This document shows positions 38,801 to 53,767 of a stretch of 64,000 nt of DNA, in pieces; the stretch's first letter is position 1; every line of letters starts with the position of its first letter. Source of the stretch: Lama guanicoe (taxonomy: Eukaryota); the NCBI GenBank assembly GCA_013239625.1, contig MU054323.1, forward strand, positions 17,488,029-17,552,028, given 5' to 3'. The translations under genes were made by a program, and so were the position numbers. The notes below the pieces were generated by a model. It searched no databases, had not been told where the DNA came from, and saw only the letters and a program-made list of their open reading frames with translations.

Positions 38801-39094
38801 AGAGGTGGGGGCCCTCTTTCATAGTGGACAGGAGCTGCATTTGATTAAATATCTTTAGAGTAAGCGCTATGCAGCTGACTCAACCTTAGCCCTCGCCTAG
38901 CCTGAAGCAGAGAGTGAATGTAGAGTTTAATTTAGTCCACGGCTAAGTGACTCGACCTGGAAAGGCACCTGAAAACTCCTCACTGAGAGGAGTCAGGGCT
39001 CTACATAGTGAGAAGAGGGTTGGGCTTCGGCTACAGCCCAGAACCACCACCCGGGGTAGCACCTGAGACGCAAGAAAGCTCTTACTGTTCATTA

Positions 39095-39382
<288 letters not shown>

Positions 39383-40449
39383 TCACAGTCTCCCATCGGA
39401 GGAACTACTCCCAAGGGCACGTCAGACATTCAGACAAGCGTCAATAATTCAGAAGCCATGATACTCCTAACAGTTAATGTACTGCGGCACTAATCGAGTA
39501 AACAGTTACACTGCGCAATCAGATAATAAATTCACCTTCTGTGCTATATATAAAATAGATAAGCAACAAGGATTCACTGCACAGCCCAGGGAATTATACC
39601 CATTATCTTGTAATAACCTAAAATGGAGTATAATCTGCAAAAATGCTGAATTACTATGCTGTGTACCTGAAACTAATATAGTATTGTAAATCAACTACAC
39701 TTCAGTTAAAAATAATTCAGCTTTCAAAGGTACCTTAGCTAGTTAACATCTATATAGTCCCAAACACAGATGGGTAGGAAGGGGGAGGTAACGAGAATTT
39801 CTGGAGTGTAACTTGATGTAAACCAGCTCCAAATGCAATGTCAAGTCACCTGTGATTATGTGCACACCCGCCATGCAATGTATGTGTTGTTAATGCATGT
39901 TTTTGCCCGTGGCACAGTTCCAGATTCAGGGAGAAATCATTATTTGTCCCCCTTTCCCTTTGGTTCCTCCCTGTCTGGGATGACTTCTTTTTTCTCAGCC
40001 CTGTCTCTGAACCGTCTCTGCAGTTTTCAGTTCACTCTCCTGGTCTCACCAGCTCCATGAGGCTTTTCCCCACCACTCTAGACCATATTAATCTCTCCCT
40101 CGAGGGAACTATCACCACCTTCACTTTAGTACTTTACTGCCAATCGTCTTGTATTATTCTTCTGTTTCTTTTACTTTGGCTTATAAGTGCATGAAGACCA
40201 GAAATGCATCTTGTATTTCTTTTCCTTTCCTTCAGGGCAAAGCACACAAATGTGACATCTAATAAACTGTAGTTGATTGGATGCAGTTGAAGTGGAAACT
40301 AATGTACTGGCTAAAAGGTTAAAGGGACATTTTCCTTTTTGAATAATAACAATATAACAATTAGCATACATTCAATTTCTAAAGTGAGAATTTAAACTGT
40401 ATCATTTCATAATCATCTGAATTGGATGAGTTAGTAAAAAAAGTTGCTA

Positions 40450-40563
<114 letters not shown>

Positions 40564-40992
40564 TTATTTCCCTGAGCCACCAGAACAACAAAGCATAATA
40601 AACATTAATGATTAGTTTAAACACAGCCTGTGATAGACATAAATGTAAATACAGCTTTCCTTCACTTTTCAAAAAACTTAAATTGGCCATTTTTCTCTTG
40701 AAAATCTTGTCATACCAAAAGGAAAAAACAGTTACTCCTTTAGGGAAGAAATTAAAATAATTATTGGATAGGAATTTTTCTCTTGAGAAGGGAGAATTAT
40801 ATAATCATTTCTTCCACTTTTTACTAGGCCCCACTTAAATAGTAAGAGGTAAAACTCTGAATGAGATCACCCTCAGTGTGCCTCTAACCGAACTGCTGCC
40901 ACCCAAGAATCATGATTCAGGCTGCGTGAGTGAGTACTGCAGATTTGAGATACTGGAAAAACATTCTGGTGACAACCAAAAGCAAATTCATT

Positions 40993-41110
40993 AGAGTGAC
41001 CATCTTATTTATCATCCAGTCAGGATGTGTGATAGTTGAGCGCTATCAATTACTACGCCAGGACAACAGACCACAACCAACCCAGGTAAGCCGGCATGTG
41101 TGGTCACCTC
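40993..41110. mobile_element. MER94-like hAT-Blackjack MITE
   Basis: AGAGTGACCATCTTATTTATCATCC...GTGGTCACCTC inverted termini. Confidence 0.65.
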
Positions 41111-43010
41111 TTAACAAGAGATACCGAAGCCTTCAGCCTCCGCAGATGAGGACCCTCCAAAGGGAGCCGATCCGGGATGGTTAAGAGCTCTCTTGAGACG
41201 TGAGCGCACGATGCTGCTGGAGTCGCTCCTGGGAGAGCAGGTCACCGCTGGGAGGCATTCTCACCTGAGTCTCCTGTGCTGAGAGACCTTACGGCTCCCT
41301 GCATCATCCTGCCACCCTGAGTGAGGCAGATGCTGCCAGCTGGACGTGAGAGAGCCAAGCTGGGGGTGTGGATGGAGGCGGGCTGGGTGCACCCCACCAC
41401 TGTTACTCCACGAGCAGCTCTTCCATGCTGCGATGCCCTGGGAGAAAGCAACCCGGGCCCTAGTCTTCAGAACGTCAGCTTTCCACTTTATCCTCCCAAC
41501 AAGCAAACAGATGAAAAGGCTGTTGCTCTCCTACAGCTCAGTCCTCACAGGGAGCTCTGCACCTTTCACACCACTTTCACAGGAATTAATTCATCCTTGA
41601 AGCAACCCTGTGATTGCAGGTGGCCACTGACAGTCTCTGGATTAAGTAGCACAACCACCAGTTCCTTGTGCCTCACCTCTCTGCTTTGGCGTCAGTCCCT
41701 TTAAGGGTCCCCATCAAACTGACAGTTTTGAAATCTTTTTTTTTCTTTGTTTCTATAATAGCTATCTAGGAAGAGAACATGTTAAACCCTACATTCATTT
41801 TGGGTCACAGAAATGGCACTGGTACTAGAAGCTTCTTTGTATTTACTCTCATTACTGCCACTGTTTCGTAATTTGCACAACCGGCAGTTAGAAGAAAGCT
41901 TTTTAGGCCTCTTCAGAGGCCCAAGGCCCTAGATATTAATTTTAAAAAATACACTGTTGTAATATAAACCAACACAGTTTTGATCCTACCTTTTAGGCAA
42001 CACATTGATGAAAACTGGATTGACACTCTGAGTTAGACTCACCTGTGATACTGACTGAATAAGGGAAGGTTATAACCCTCAGATGAGTCTGCGTCAAATC
42101 CTAAAACTCCTGGACTGTGTGTGGCGACTACCAAGCAAATGGACTTACACTGATACCCGTCTACTGACCTATTTAAGTGCGCAAATCCATGGGAAACTCA
42201 CAGCTACTTACTTTCCAACCAAAACATACAAAGGCAAATGAAGTCCTATAGAAATAGAAAAAATTATTCGTGTAGCTGCAGGTAGGAGAGCTACTGATAA
42301 AGACGGATGGATGGAGTACTGAAAAAAGAAAAAGAGAGTAAAAATCACTGGGGAAGTAAGAAACAGAGCATGGAGAACAGACGATGCTCAGACACACAGG
42401 CTTCACTTTCTCCACTGCAAAGCTGCAGTCAGTGCAAACTCTGCAGTGCCTCCTGCAATCAGCTTATTTTCCACCAAAGAACAGGGAACCTGCAAGTCAA
42501 GGTAACTGAAACATTTTAATAAATTTGGGTTTCAAGCACAGCTTTCAGCAAACAATGCTCAAGTTGGGTCATTGGGGCTGGTGTACAATCTCATTTTTAT
42601 AATTTTACAAGCCAGCAAGAAGAGGTGCCCATCCTTTAATTTTAAGAATCATCTCCGGAAACTTCCCCACCAGAAGCTGCTTCTTTACACAGCCTGACCG
42701 AACGCCTGAGAAGGCTGTCCTTTGAGCCTTATGGATGGATACTCACACAGCAACGAGAAGGGAAGGAAATCTCTTTTTTGACAACCAGAACCATCAACAA
42801 GATGACAATGGTTGCATGGCCAGACACATCGTCTGTATCTTGGAAGCCACTGTAGTTTTATCATTTTGACATGAAGTTCTTTCTGTCTAATCAATACACC
42901 AAATATATGAAAATCCATGAGCTCAAAATGATGCTGAATGGTCACTTCCGTTACCTCATTCTAGCCACATTATAGGGTGAAAAAGAATAGAGTCAGTATT
43001 TTCTTAAGTC

Positions 43011-43142
43011 CAGTGCTTCTCAAAATTTAACGTGCACATGAATCACTTGAAGATCCTGTTCAGTCGACCTGGAATGGGCCCGAGATTCTGCATTTCTAAT
43101 GAGCTCTCAGATGGTCTCTATGAACCACACTTTGAGTAGCAA
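43011..43142. mobile_element. MER5A1-like MITE
   Basis: CAGTGCTTCTCAAA..GGCCCGAGATTCTGCATTTCTAA..ACCACACTTTGAGTAGC. Confidence 0.8.
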
Positions 43143-44309
43143 GGCCTTAACCTCTTACTACTTTAACCTTCCTTTCTGGGTTAGGATCACCACTCTGGAG
43201 CTAAAAGGGCAGTCATGGCCTCCACAGGTGCAAAGCTCTGAATCTTCGGCCACACAGTAGGGTCACACTGCCTTTCCTAGTCCTTGAGAGTATCAGGACG
43301 CTTCCTTTAAAAATAAGGAGAGTATAAGGGTTTTAGATGTAGTATTGTAACAGCTTATCTATGGTCTAGATTTTTTTCCCTTTGCATGCATTTTAGCTAG
43401 TAGATTGAAAAAAAAGGCTTACCATAGATAACGTAAGAAAATGGGATACCCAGAGTTCAGAAGTGATTTCCATTTTGGAGGAATAACGTTTGTCCAAAAA
43501 ATTATCCATTATTAATAAAGGTCATAGATTATAAATTGGAGGTTTTTAATATTCTAAAGCTTAAGGTACAGAATGTGTTGTTCCAAGCAGAGAAGTGGTG
43601 GTGGTTGCATTGAGCTACAATAATGTTTAGGTCCAGTGGAAACGGTAAGTCATAGTCAGGGAGGTATGTTGGTTGATTGACTCATTCATTCATCCAGTTA
43701 CTCAATAAATATTTCCTGAGCACCTTTTATATAAAAAGATCCATGCTAGGCATTAAAGAAATACAAAGATAAATCTGCCACAGACATTGCATGCAAGCTT
43801 ACAATCGAGTACATGGGAAAGTGTCTGACTATATAGGGATAAGGTACAAACACTCATGGTAAACAGAATTTTTAAAAAGTCATTGTAACGACCCACAAAT
43901 CCAGCAGCAAACTTAGGTGAACTTGAATACCTCTCACAGCGTGGTGGAAATCAACAGAGATGTGGTTTCAATTCAGGGTCATCTTCAGCAATTATTTGAA
44001 AGTACAATTTGCATCATGAAAAACAGGTTTATGTATCTCGTGAACAATATTCTCTATCCTCTATCAACAGAAAATAAAAGCTGCTGACTTATCCTAACAA
44101 CAACAACAAAATTCACTGACCTTCTTAAAACCAAAGGGAGCTTTCCCTAAGTATTGAAATTTACTTCCATGATCTTACAGTATTTTTCAGCAATCCCAGA
44201 CTACTCTGATAGATGTTCTGCTGGCATCAGAATTGACCATATGGTAGTCTGTATCTTTCCTTCAACGCTGCCTTTGTGTAGGCACCAACTCAAAAGGTCT
44301 AGAGTTATT

Positions 44310-44990
44310 TTTTTAAAAACTATCATAGCAAAAGCACCCAGGAGCCAATTTAAAGAAGCTTCTACTGGCCTGAGATGGGACAATTTGAACATCAGAGAGA
44401 ACAATGATTGCAAAGGATTGAAACACATCAAGTTCATAAGATCCGTAAGTTTATGGCGGTGTCCGACAGCTCCCTCAAACCCTGCTCACTCTTGGCGGAT
44501 GCTGGGACACCAGCTCGTCACTCTGAGCACTGACAAATAAAAGGAATAGTCACCTATTGATCTGACTGTATTTTATAGTAGCCAGAGTCCATGATGGTAA
44601 GTTCTTCTTCACAGAGTTCCAATTAATAAATGCAGAAGGGATAACAGAATTAGAAAATCACCACCTTTTAACCCTAATAAAATACTGGATAGAGGTCATA
44701 ATCGTCTATGAATGCTAAAACCATCAAGTAAACGATCGGCAGGGAAGGTGATAATGGAGAGGGTCAAATGAGCACCCCCTGAACCCACTACTCTGAGAGT
44801 ATCATAGCAGGAAAGCAGCTAGAGATTTCATGCCTCGTGATGTGGAGGCAACAAGAAGTGCACATGAAGCATTCCTGTCTGAAAAAACCGAACCCGGGTA
44901 TGATCAAGCCTCTGGAGAGAAATACCAGTTGACAGTAAATACGGGTGAAAGAACAAGTTTAAGAAATACTAGGAAGCAATCGGCCAAAGT
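44310..44990 (+). mobile_element. Old L1 (L1MC-like) 3' UTR fragment
   Basis: GGGACAATTTGAACATC..GGATTGAAACACATCAA..AATTAATAAATGCAGAAGG..GAATTAGAAAATCACC. Confidence 0.65.
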
Positions 44991-45004
44991 GACTTCTGTA
45001 CCAC

Positions 45005-45188
45005 AGTAGCAGTCACAGCGTGGTTCTAGGGCCAGCGGCTTCACTCTCAACTGGGCAAATGCTAGCAATGCAGATTCTCAGGCCCCATTCAGGACTCTGG
45101 AATCAGAAACTCAGGGGTGGGCCCAGCAAACTGTCTTAACTAGACCTCCAGGTGATTCTGATGCATGCTCAAGTTTGACAACCATGGC
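45005..45188. mobile_element. MER5A-like MITE
   Basis: ATGCAGATTCTCAGGCCCC..GAATCAGAAACTC..CCAGGTGATTCTGATGCATGCTCAAGTTTGACAACC. Confidence 0.8.
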
Positions 45189-45621
45189 TCTAAAACAATT
45201 AATGATGGGGGAAAAAAGGTAGGGGAAGGAGAACTGTTATAGAATAAAAGACTTAAGGGACATGAAAACAAAACAAAATCGAGTGCTATGATGAGATACA
45301 CTACTGATACCCTGAAAACTTATTTTAACCCAATTTAAAAATAATCATAGGCATCATTAGCACTGCAGCAAAAGGAAACATTAAGTTTATACAAACTTTT
45401 AATTCATAAGGAATGAGTAATTTGATTCTTACAGAAATTGGAAAGGGGCCATGAATAATGCATGACCTTCCGTCATATTCTGTAACTTTGTTTTGTTTTG
45501 CTCTCCTGGTTCTAACTTTCCCTCTATCATTAGCTTCTCCAACAGACCCCTGAGCTATTTACAGGAAAAGAGTCATGCATGGTGAAAAAAATCAGCAAAT
45601 AAATCAGAAAATGTTACTTAC

Positions 45622-45694
45622 ATTATGTTTATGGCAGAAATTAAGAGCTTGAAGTGTTTGCCATAAAACACTTTTGATCACTCCATCAGCAACT
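45622..45694 (-). CDS. CDKL4: CDKL4 coding exon 3 (73 nt)
   Basis: VADGVIKSVLWQTLQALNFCHKHN; TTTTTTCCCCAG| acceptor, AAT|GTAAGT donor; phase matches both neighbours. Confidence 0.96.
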
Positions 45695-46381
45695 CTGGGG
45701 AAAAAATAGAAAAGGAAATGAAACCTCTCAGGATAGGGTTTCAGGAGCAGAACTGGGAATAGAAATTGAATGGGCAGGGCTTGTCATGGTCAGCGAGTGC
45801 AGTGCAAAGGGGGTCTTGGAAAAAATTTTTGAAACGTTTTAGTGAAAATCGATTTACTATTTTTTCATTATAGTTGTATAATTTTCCTGTGTAATCTGAA
45901 GTTTTTACATCTGTCAAAATTATACGTGCTTATCATGAAAACTCAAACAATATAGACAAGGAATGAAAAGTGTTGAATCAATCTTGCTACCCTAAAATAG
46001 CTGCTGTAACTTACAGTGGCTGCCCCCTGAGCAATCTCAGGTTCTCTCCCTCTCTCTGCATTTACCTTTAACTTTAAATTAAATGCATTCATATGGCTCA
46101 AAGTTTCTGCAGCTAAAAGAATATCCATGAAGAATTCTCTCTCACACCTGCTTAGCCACCCATTTCACCCTTGGCAACCTTCCCCAGCCTCTTTCAGAAA
46201 CATCCTATGCCCTGAGGTACAGATACTAACATGTATACGTATATTCCAGTGGCCAAGGATTTATGACATGGATGTATCATAATTTACTTAGTCCCCAAGG
46301 ATAAGCAATTAGATTGACCCAATTTTCACTTCTAGAAACGATGCTTCATCAAATATCTAATCATCTAACTTGTGGAAGTTG

Positions 46382-47033
46382 TGAGACAGGACGGAAGGGG
46401 ATAGGGCACAGCCATTAAAGGAATGACACAGCAGTGAGGACCAAGATGGCAGAAAATTCAACTCCCAGCGGACCTTGAGGCCCAAGACGGCGGGAGACTT
46501 GACTTCCAGTAGACCCTGAGCTTCATTATATGCTCACTGTAATATATGAGCATGGTGAATGACACGCCCGCAGGAGCCACGACACTTCTGAGGCTAACTA
46601 TAGAAGGTCAGAAAGAGGGAGGTGGCCCAATTCCTGGCAATCCCAGCCCCTTCCCCAAAGTAGCTGGAATACTCCTCCCACTTGTAAGCTACCGAGACCA
46701 GAAACACTAGCAACACGACACCTCGCAGCCTCCCGCTCCGTCACCTCGGGAGACGGCCCGCACTCTGTCTGTGGAGTGTGTATCTACTTTCACTTTAAAC
46801 TCAACACCCAACCCCTCACCTCATGGCCTTTCTCCTGACTTCTGAGATGGCCTGCCCTCTGTCTATGGACAGTACATCTCTCTGAATAAATCTACTTTTA
46901 ATGAACTGTGTCTCCCTCTTGAATTATATTTCCTGCATGAAGCCAAGGACCCTCACTTGATGGGGGCACGTCCCAGGGACTCAACTGAGACCTGACACAT
47001 GGCCATCCTCTCACATCCCATTTTCCTGTATTA
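46382..47033 (+). mobile_element. Solo ERV1-type LTR (652 bp), antisense in a CDKL4 intron
   Basis: Imperfect terminal inverted repeat TGAGACAGG...CCTGTATTA, 4-bp TSD GTTG, AATAAA at 46885-46890, internal tandem units. Confidence 0.82.
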
Positions 47034-50000
47034 GTTGTGCAATTATCTTTTTAAAGGAAGTTCTAGAAGTGGGATTTCTGGCACCAGAGGTAGGCACATG
47101 TTGTATTTTGATCCTGCAGGTATGAACTTCAGGTAGACTTGAGACCTTGCAGGAAAAGAGACATACTTGTAGACTGATCTTCAATTCATCCAATTCTTGT
47201 TGGCAGTTAACACTCAAGTGTGTGCAGGAGCTGTTTTAGCACAGTTACAGATGCCTGTAAGCAGGCAGGTACACAGCCGGGGAGGCCGGGGAGAGTGAGG
47301 GGCCCATGAGAGTGCGAGGCTGGAAGCTTCTCACCCCTGCAGATTCCTCGCGCCGTGTGAAAAACATCGCAAAGGATCTTCCACTGGGGAATAGGGGTTC
47401 TGGGCAACTAGTGTCTGTCTGGGAGTACTTAGTCTACTTTGTGTATCCATTTCTAGCAACTGTAGCAATTACATTCCCTTTAACTTTTCTGTTGCTGTCT
47501 TTTCATTGCTCAGACCACTGTCCCATGCTGATGCCTTCACAGCCACGTCTGCCAAAAACTACCCTCTCTGAGGGACGTCATGCCCACGCACACCCCGCCA
47601 AACACCTGTGCGTCCGAGACCCTATCTCCTCGCTGTCTTGCCAACAAGACAGTTTTGCCAGTGTTACGTTTGCCAATCTGTGGTTAAAACAGAAAGATAA
47701 CTTGTTTTGGGTTTCATTCATTTCATTTCATTCATGATTTTAATTTTCACACTGATGAACATTGAATGTCTCCTTTTGTGTGCTCCCTGTTCATGGCCTG
47801 TACTGCTTTCTGATGGGCCTATTTACTCTTCTCCAGATTGATTTAAGAGGACTCGGTGTGTATCAGCGTCTGCATGTGGCTGCAACTGTTTTTCCTAGTG
47901 TGTTGCTTCCTTTTCAACCCTGTTCATGGAGATGAGGCTGTGGTTTACTATTTAAAAAAATCTGAAGAACAAGAGTTTTTTTTTTGTTGTTTTTTTGTTT
48001 TTGTTTGTTTTTTTACAGAATATCTCCTGTAAGAATTTTTTGATTAAAAGACATAAAATTATCTAATATTCCAAACACACCCATCACTCAGTTTTAATAT
48101 TTTATCATATTTGGATTTTTGGGGGTGGAGTGGCAGGAGGTTTTTATTTGGGGGGCGTTGGACAATAAAAGCCAACGGGGTTTTTGCCTGGGGTGGAGGT
48201 GGAGGGATGAGAAGGGCTCTGAGAGGCAGCTGGGAGGCAGCCAGATTAGCAAGAACCGGCCTCTTGAGATCAGGGATTTGCAGAGAGAAGGCCCATGGGA
48301 CATAACTTGCGGCCTGGGCTCCATGTATTTCCTTCACGGGATTTTGTATTTTGTTTAACAGCCTGGGCTCAGCTGTGCAGTCTCCTGCAGGCACTCACGA
48401 GGCTGCAGGGAGGCCTCACTCGCGTGTCCGGGCTACCAGCCGGGGAGCCTCGGCGCCCCTCCACGTGGCCTCTCCAGCAGGATAGCCCGGGATTCTCCCC
48501 TGGTGACGGCAGCCGTAACTGGATATTTATATCATGTGTTTAGATCACTCTTTAAAAACTGAACTCATCATTGCACAGATGCAGCTGGTCATGCAGAGCA
48601 GTGGGATGGCCTCTGTGACTGTGGTTCGGGTGTGGCACTAGTGACCAGGCCCGGGAGGCTGGGGTACACGCCAGGCACAACAACACGTGGGCTGCAGTTT
48701 TGCTCAGAGCAGTTTCCTCATCTCAGCTCACAATGACGGTGGCATGCCCCCCCCTTCAGCCTTTCCTCTCAATATTGTGAAATCACCTAATTCTCAGTGT
48801 TAAATCGCTTTCCGCTTGAAATATCTACAGTGATTTCTATTTCCTACACTGAATTCTGATATAGATTTATCCTCCTCCCTTCACGCAGAGCAGAGCCAAA
48901 CCTGAGACAACACCTTACATTTTATAATGAGGCGGAAAGAACGGTACAGCCATTTGCGCAGACGAGACACAGTCCGACCCCAGCCGTGCTGCCTCCTGGT
49001 CCCATCGCCTTGGGCAAGTTATCTGTGCCTTCAGTTTTCTGAGGTGGGGAAATGGAAAAATACCTCACCAGTTGACTGAGAAATCTGTCCCCAAAGAGTC
49101 TGGGTTTTGACATCACCATGGCTCAGGCGGTGACGGTCTGAGATCTGATGAGGCCGGTATAGGGGACTGAGACCCAGTACAGGAATAAAAACAGCCTTGA
49201 AGGAGCAGGGAGAGGCCCGGAGGTGAGAAAGAGTGGAGAGTGTGGGGAAAACAACCAGGCGGCCGGTGCGGCTAAGATGCCAGGGAAGCTGGTGGGCTGG
49301 TGGGGCCCAAACCACCGAGGGCCTCCTCAGCCTTGGCGAGGAATTTGCATTTCACTCTAAGTTCAAAAGGAAGTCATTGAAAGGACTCAAGAAGGCAAGT
49401 GACAAAACAGACAGAATGGATCTTTGGGGGCAAAGTGGATACCAGGAGGTTAATTAGACAGCTAATATTAATACTCCAGGTGAGATCTGGTGACTTAGAT
49501 TAGGGTGGCGGTGGCGGAGGGAGGAAAATGGATTTCAGATCCTGGGAGGGACTGGCAAGAGTAACACATGCCCTACTCGTGTAGAGATGGAGCGCTGGGC
49601 GGGTCTAAAGACCCCAGGGGCTGGGGATGAAGGGCTGGGTCTGGGAAACCAGGTACGGGCGAGGGTTCAGAAACCGGCAGAACCCTGGTTACCAGCGCTA
49701 ATATCGTGGAACTGGGCATGAAGTCATGTCATAAGGAACTCCCCAGCTATTGCTGTGGAAGAGGGGTGTTTAGCGGCGTATCACGGGAAGTGTCACCGGC
49801 TCTGCTCAAATGAGAATCCTGTGAGCTCGATTCCAAGAAGAGATTCCATCTTAGGAAAAACAACATACATACAAATAACAGCTGCAAATAAATGCCACTG
49901 ATCTCACAAAGAGAAGATGGTTATCAAAGAGAATACAGAATCACAGAGTGCTCATTCCAGAAAGACGGAGCCCTGAGACACGATCCAGCCACAGCCAGCA

Positions 50001-50689
50001 TTTCCCAAGGCATTCTGGCATGGATAAAACCTGCAGAAGTCACCTGATACTCGATGTTTAAATAGTATACTTTGGGTGAGTGCAGAAATACTGACAGTAA
50101 TAGTGAAGGCCTAAAAGCAAAAACCAGATATCCTGGATCAACCCTGAAGGGGTGAGGAAGGGTCGCAGGGTCAGGGATTCAGGCTGGATTGCTCAGAGGC
50201 TGCTCCCTTAGCCACTCAGGGAATCCTGGCTCTGATGTCAGAGCTCATTATCTCTGTTTTAGTTTGTTACATAACTCGATACGGAGAACATGATTTCATT
50301 ATGGGTACCCAAGGCGAATCGGTCCTTGCTATCCTACAATAACCCAACCTTTATTTTGGCCTCCCAGCCTCCTAATGATTTCATGTCTATTATAAGTGCC
50401 CTCCCCCCGTCCCGCCTTTATCTCCTACCACGTTTCCACCTCCTCCTGAGCCCCATTAGCGTCTGCTATTCCCTGAACAGGCCAGGCTTGTCTAAACCTC
50501 CAAAGCTTTGTGTTTATTCATCCTCCTACTCTCTTCCCTAGGCATTCTCGAATTTCTCAGTGAGCTTTATTGTTCTTCAAAGGCTTGTAACTCTGCAAGG
50601 ATTTTTATCTTGTCCATTATTGTAGCTCTGGGGCCTGGAACAGTAACTGGTACCTAACAGGTGCTCAACTAAGCTTCTTTCTCCGGCAC

Positions 50690-51260
50690 TCTCAGAAGTT
50701 GTACATAATAATACCCTGCAATAAACCCCTTTTTGCTTCAACTAGCTAGAGTGGACTCTGTTGTTGAATCCTAATTAGTTCAGACTGTGATGCCAGGAGT
50801 GGGTCTGGGAAACAAAATCAAGGCCTTGGGAATCTAGGCTGTCTGACGTAGTTGGTTCTGAAGGGGGATGTGATTACCATTAGCGGCTAGAACACTGGGA
50901 AATGGGCGTCCAGCGATGAACCCGTTATTTGCATAATCACCTGCGGTCATCTGGAATAAAGTGCCCATTCAAGACAAGGCTTTGCTGGACTGGGTGTGAT
51001 CAAACAACATGGGAACATACGGGAAAGTCATAAAAGAAAAGTGAGGTGGGCTGGCCATTTTTCATTTCACTGGAAAAAATCAATTGAGAAAAGGATAGCT
51101 ATAGGGCTTTTACTATTTTGGTTCAAGGCTCAGTTAGGACACCAGAATTTTCAATGTTTGCCCTTATTTTTTTATCTGTAAGGCTCGCTCCATTGACCAC
51201 TGGGACAACCATGAGATGACTGAAAAATCACACACTGAGAATAATCCTGCAGGGTGCTAA
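50690..51260 (+). mobile_element. MaLR/ERVL LTR end followed by start of internal sequence
   Basis: CAATAAACCCCTTTTTGCTT..GCTAGAGTGGACTCTGTTGTT LTR tail, then TGATGCCAGGAGTGGG resembling a MaLR primer-binding start. Confidence 0.55.
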
Positions 51261-52739
51261 ATGACAACACAGACTGAATTTATCTGAGGTTAATTAATTT
51301 CTGTTGATTAACTGAGAGTCACTAGTTTATACAGAACAAACAGAACCACAGTTATGTGCCCATCTATCGTGGTGCGGGAGAATCCATAGTCAGATCAAAC
51401 CATTCTGATTATCCCTCTGGCTCTGTGTGTGAAGACAGTGAAGCAGTACTACTTGGCCTCTGTCACCCTGGGATCTCATCATCTCCAGTAAGTCAGGAAG
51501 CCATTTCAAAGGAAGACTCTCCCTGCCTCAGCATCCAGGACGTGAAGCCGGTGCTCCCCTAACTAAAGTATTTCTCACTGCTCACGATGCACTGCCATCC
51601 CTCCACCTACCCACACCAGCAGTCTGATGGGAAATTTTCTACAATCAGTTAGCTGAGAGGAAATTCAAGCCTTTTATATGTCAATTATTCCTCAGTAAGG
51701 CTGAATTAAAAGAAAAAATTGAAATACAGATTTACAGATGTAATGATGTGCTGTCGCCAGCCAGGAGTGGATAGCTGTGGTTTTACAGACCCATATAATA
51801 ACAGCATGATAGTCATTTCCAACTGTTCCTTTATATCTGCGTCTTCATTAGATTTAAAGCTTCTTGAAGGCAGGATTATTCCATTATGTACAGAGCAATG
51901 ATAGCGAAAGGAAATCCTTCCTATTGGGTAGGGTGGTAATTCCTATCACGTTGCCAATAACTTACCTATGGTACCTATTTTGAACAGAAAAGGATCTTAG
52001 AGAATGGGAGTATTTCAAATGTAATCAGATGAAACCAACTGCAGTTGCTTTACACACATGGAGTTTCCTAGCTGGAGCAAATCCAACACTGTCTCGGCAT
52101 TTAGTATGCAGCTGTTGATCTAACAAGTGCTTTTCCCTCTACTCAAAAAGCAGAGGGCACAGGAGCCTTCGTTTGGCAGGGGAAGCAGTACACTTTCACA
52201 CCTTACTCCGGTGTTAAATCAGCTCTTCTTTATGATATAGTTTAGCCCTCAAGTCTCTTGATTATCTCACCATCCCACATTTCATTCCACATGTCCACTA
52301 CATCGATCATCTCATATTCACAAATCAGTTATTTCTTCAAATTGTGAATTTGCCCTAATGAGCAAAGGTCAAATAGGCTTGGTATGTATGCTGCCTGGTT
52401 GTTTAGCTCTGTGTGCTATTTACCGGGTTTAATACTCCGTTGGCTGCGATTTAAGTAGGTTTTAGGGAGGGAGTGAAAGTAGATGAATTTTAAGTTAATC
52501 ACTGTTAATTAAATTAATGAACCAAAATTAATCAAGTACCCAGGATTTCGTAAAAGAGTGGCATATTCTGCATTGTTCCTATTTGCATTTCGCTGTGTAG
52601 AGCCACATCTCAGGGCTGACCAAAAGCACGCTATATACACTGGCACTGCTAAATGCACTTGAAAAACTCAGAGTGGAAAGTAGGGTAGTTCAGAAAGCCT
52701 TGTGGTTGCTAAACACATAGAGAACAAAAGAGCTGCTTG

Positions 52740-53300
52740 ACTATGCCCTGTTCTATCTTGCATCTGTGCATTCCTCCAAGATTGTCCACTTGGCCAACTC
52801 TTCCCCTTTTCAAAGTCTCAGCCCAAATGCTTCCTCCTCTCCAGAAGCTTCCCTGATTCCCCAGGACCAACAGATGTTGGAGCTGCTTCTCCTGTGTATC
52901 CTGTGCACCAACAGTAACCCAGTCTAAATCATCATTTGTCATTGCTACACTGTCAATTGTAATTGCTACTTTGAGTATCTGTCTCTTCTTTAGATTTTAA
53001 CCTTCTTGAGGGCAGGATTGTGCCTTTATATCTTTCTAGTCTCTGCACCAGCAGGTGTTCAGTAAGATTTCTGAAGTGAATCAATGAAAGAATGCAGGGC
53101 ACTAAGCTACTAAGATGAATTAGACACAAATTCTACACTCCAAAACCTTACAGTCTGGGAAGACAGAATGCACAGAAAATATATAAGGTAGTAGGTACCA
53201 AGTACCATAACAGGGATGACAATAAAACTCCATGGGTATTCAAAGGAGGGAAGCAATCTCACCCAGGAGGAATCTCAGAGGTGGTAAAAATATCCAGGGT
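52740..53300. mobile_element. L2 fragments
   Basis: CTTCTTGAGGGCAGGATTGTGCC..CAGGTGTTCAGTAAG, the L2 3' end motif, plus an adjacent reverse piece. Confidence 0.6.
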
Positions 53301-53506
53301 TTCACATTTTACTATTAAGTACTATATATTATATTTATTGTAGGTCAATGTTTGTTTGCCCTTTGAGCACAACCTGAGGTTGGAGATGGGGGGCCAGCAG
53401 ATGCATCCGGGTAGAAAGGGGCTCAGATTTGAATTTGCCAGAGTTAATCCCACATATAATGAAACTGAGAACCGGCCAGACAGAACTTCAGTTTCTAGAT
53501 TACTTA

Positions 53507-53767
<261 letters not shown>

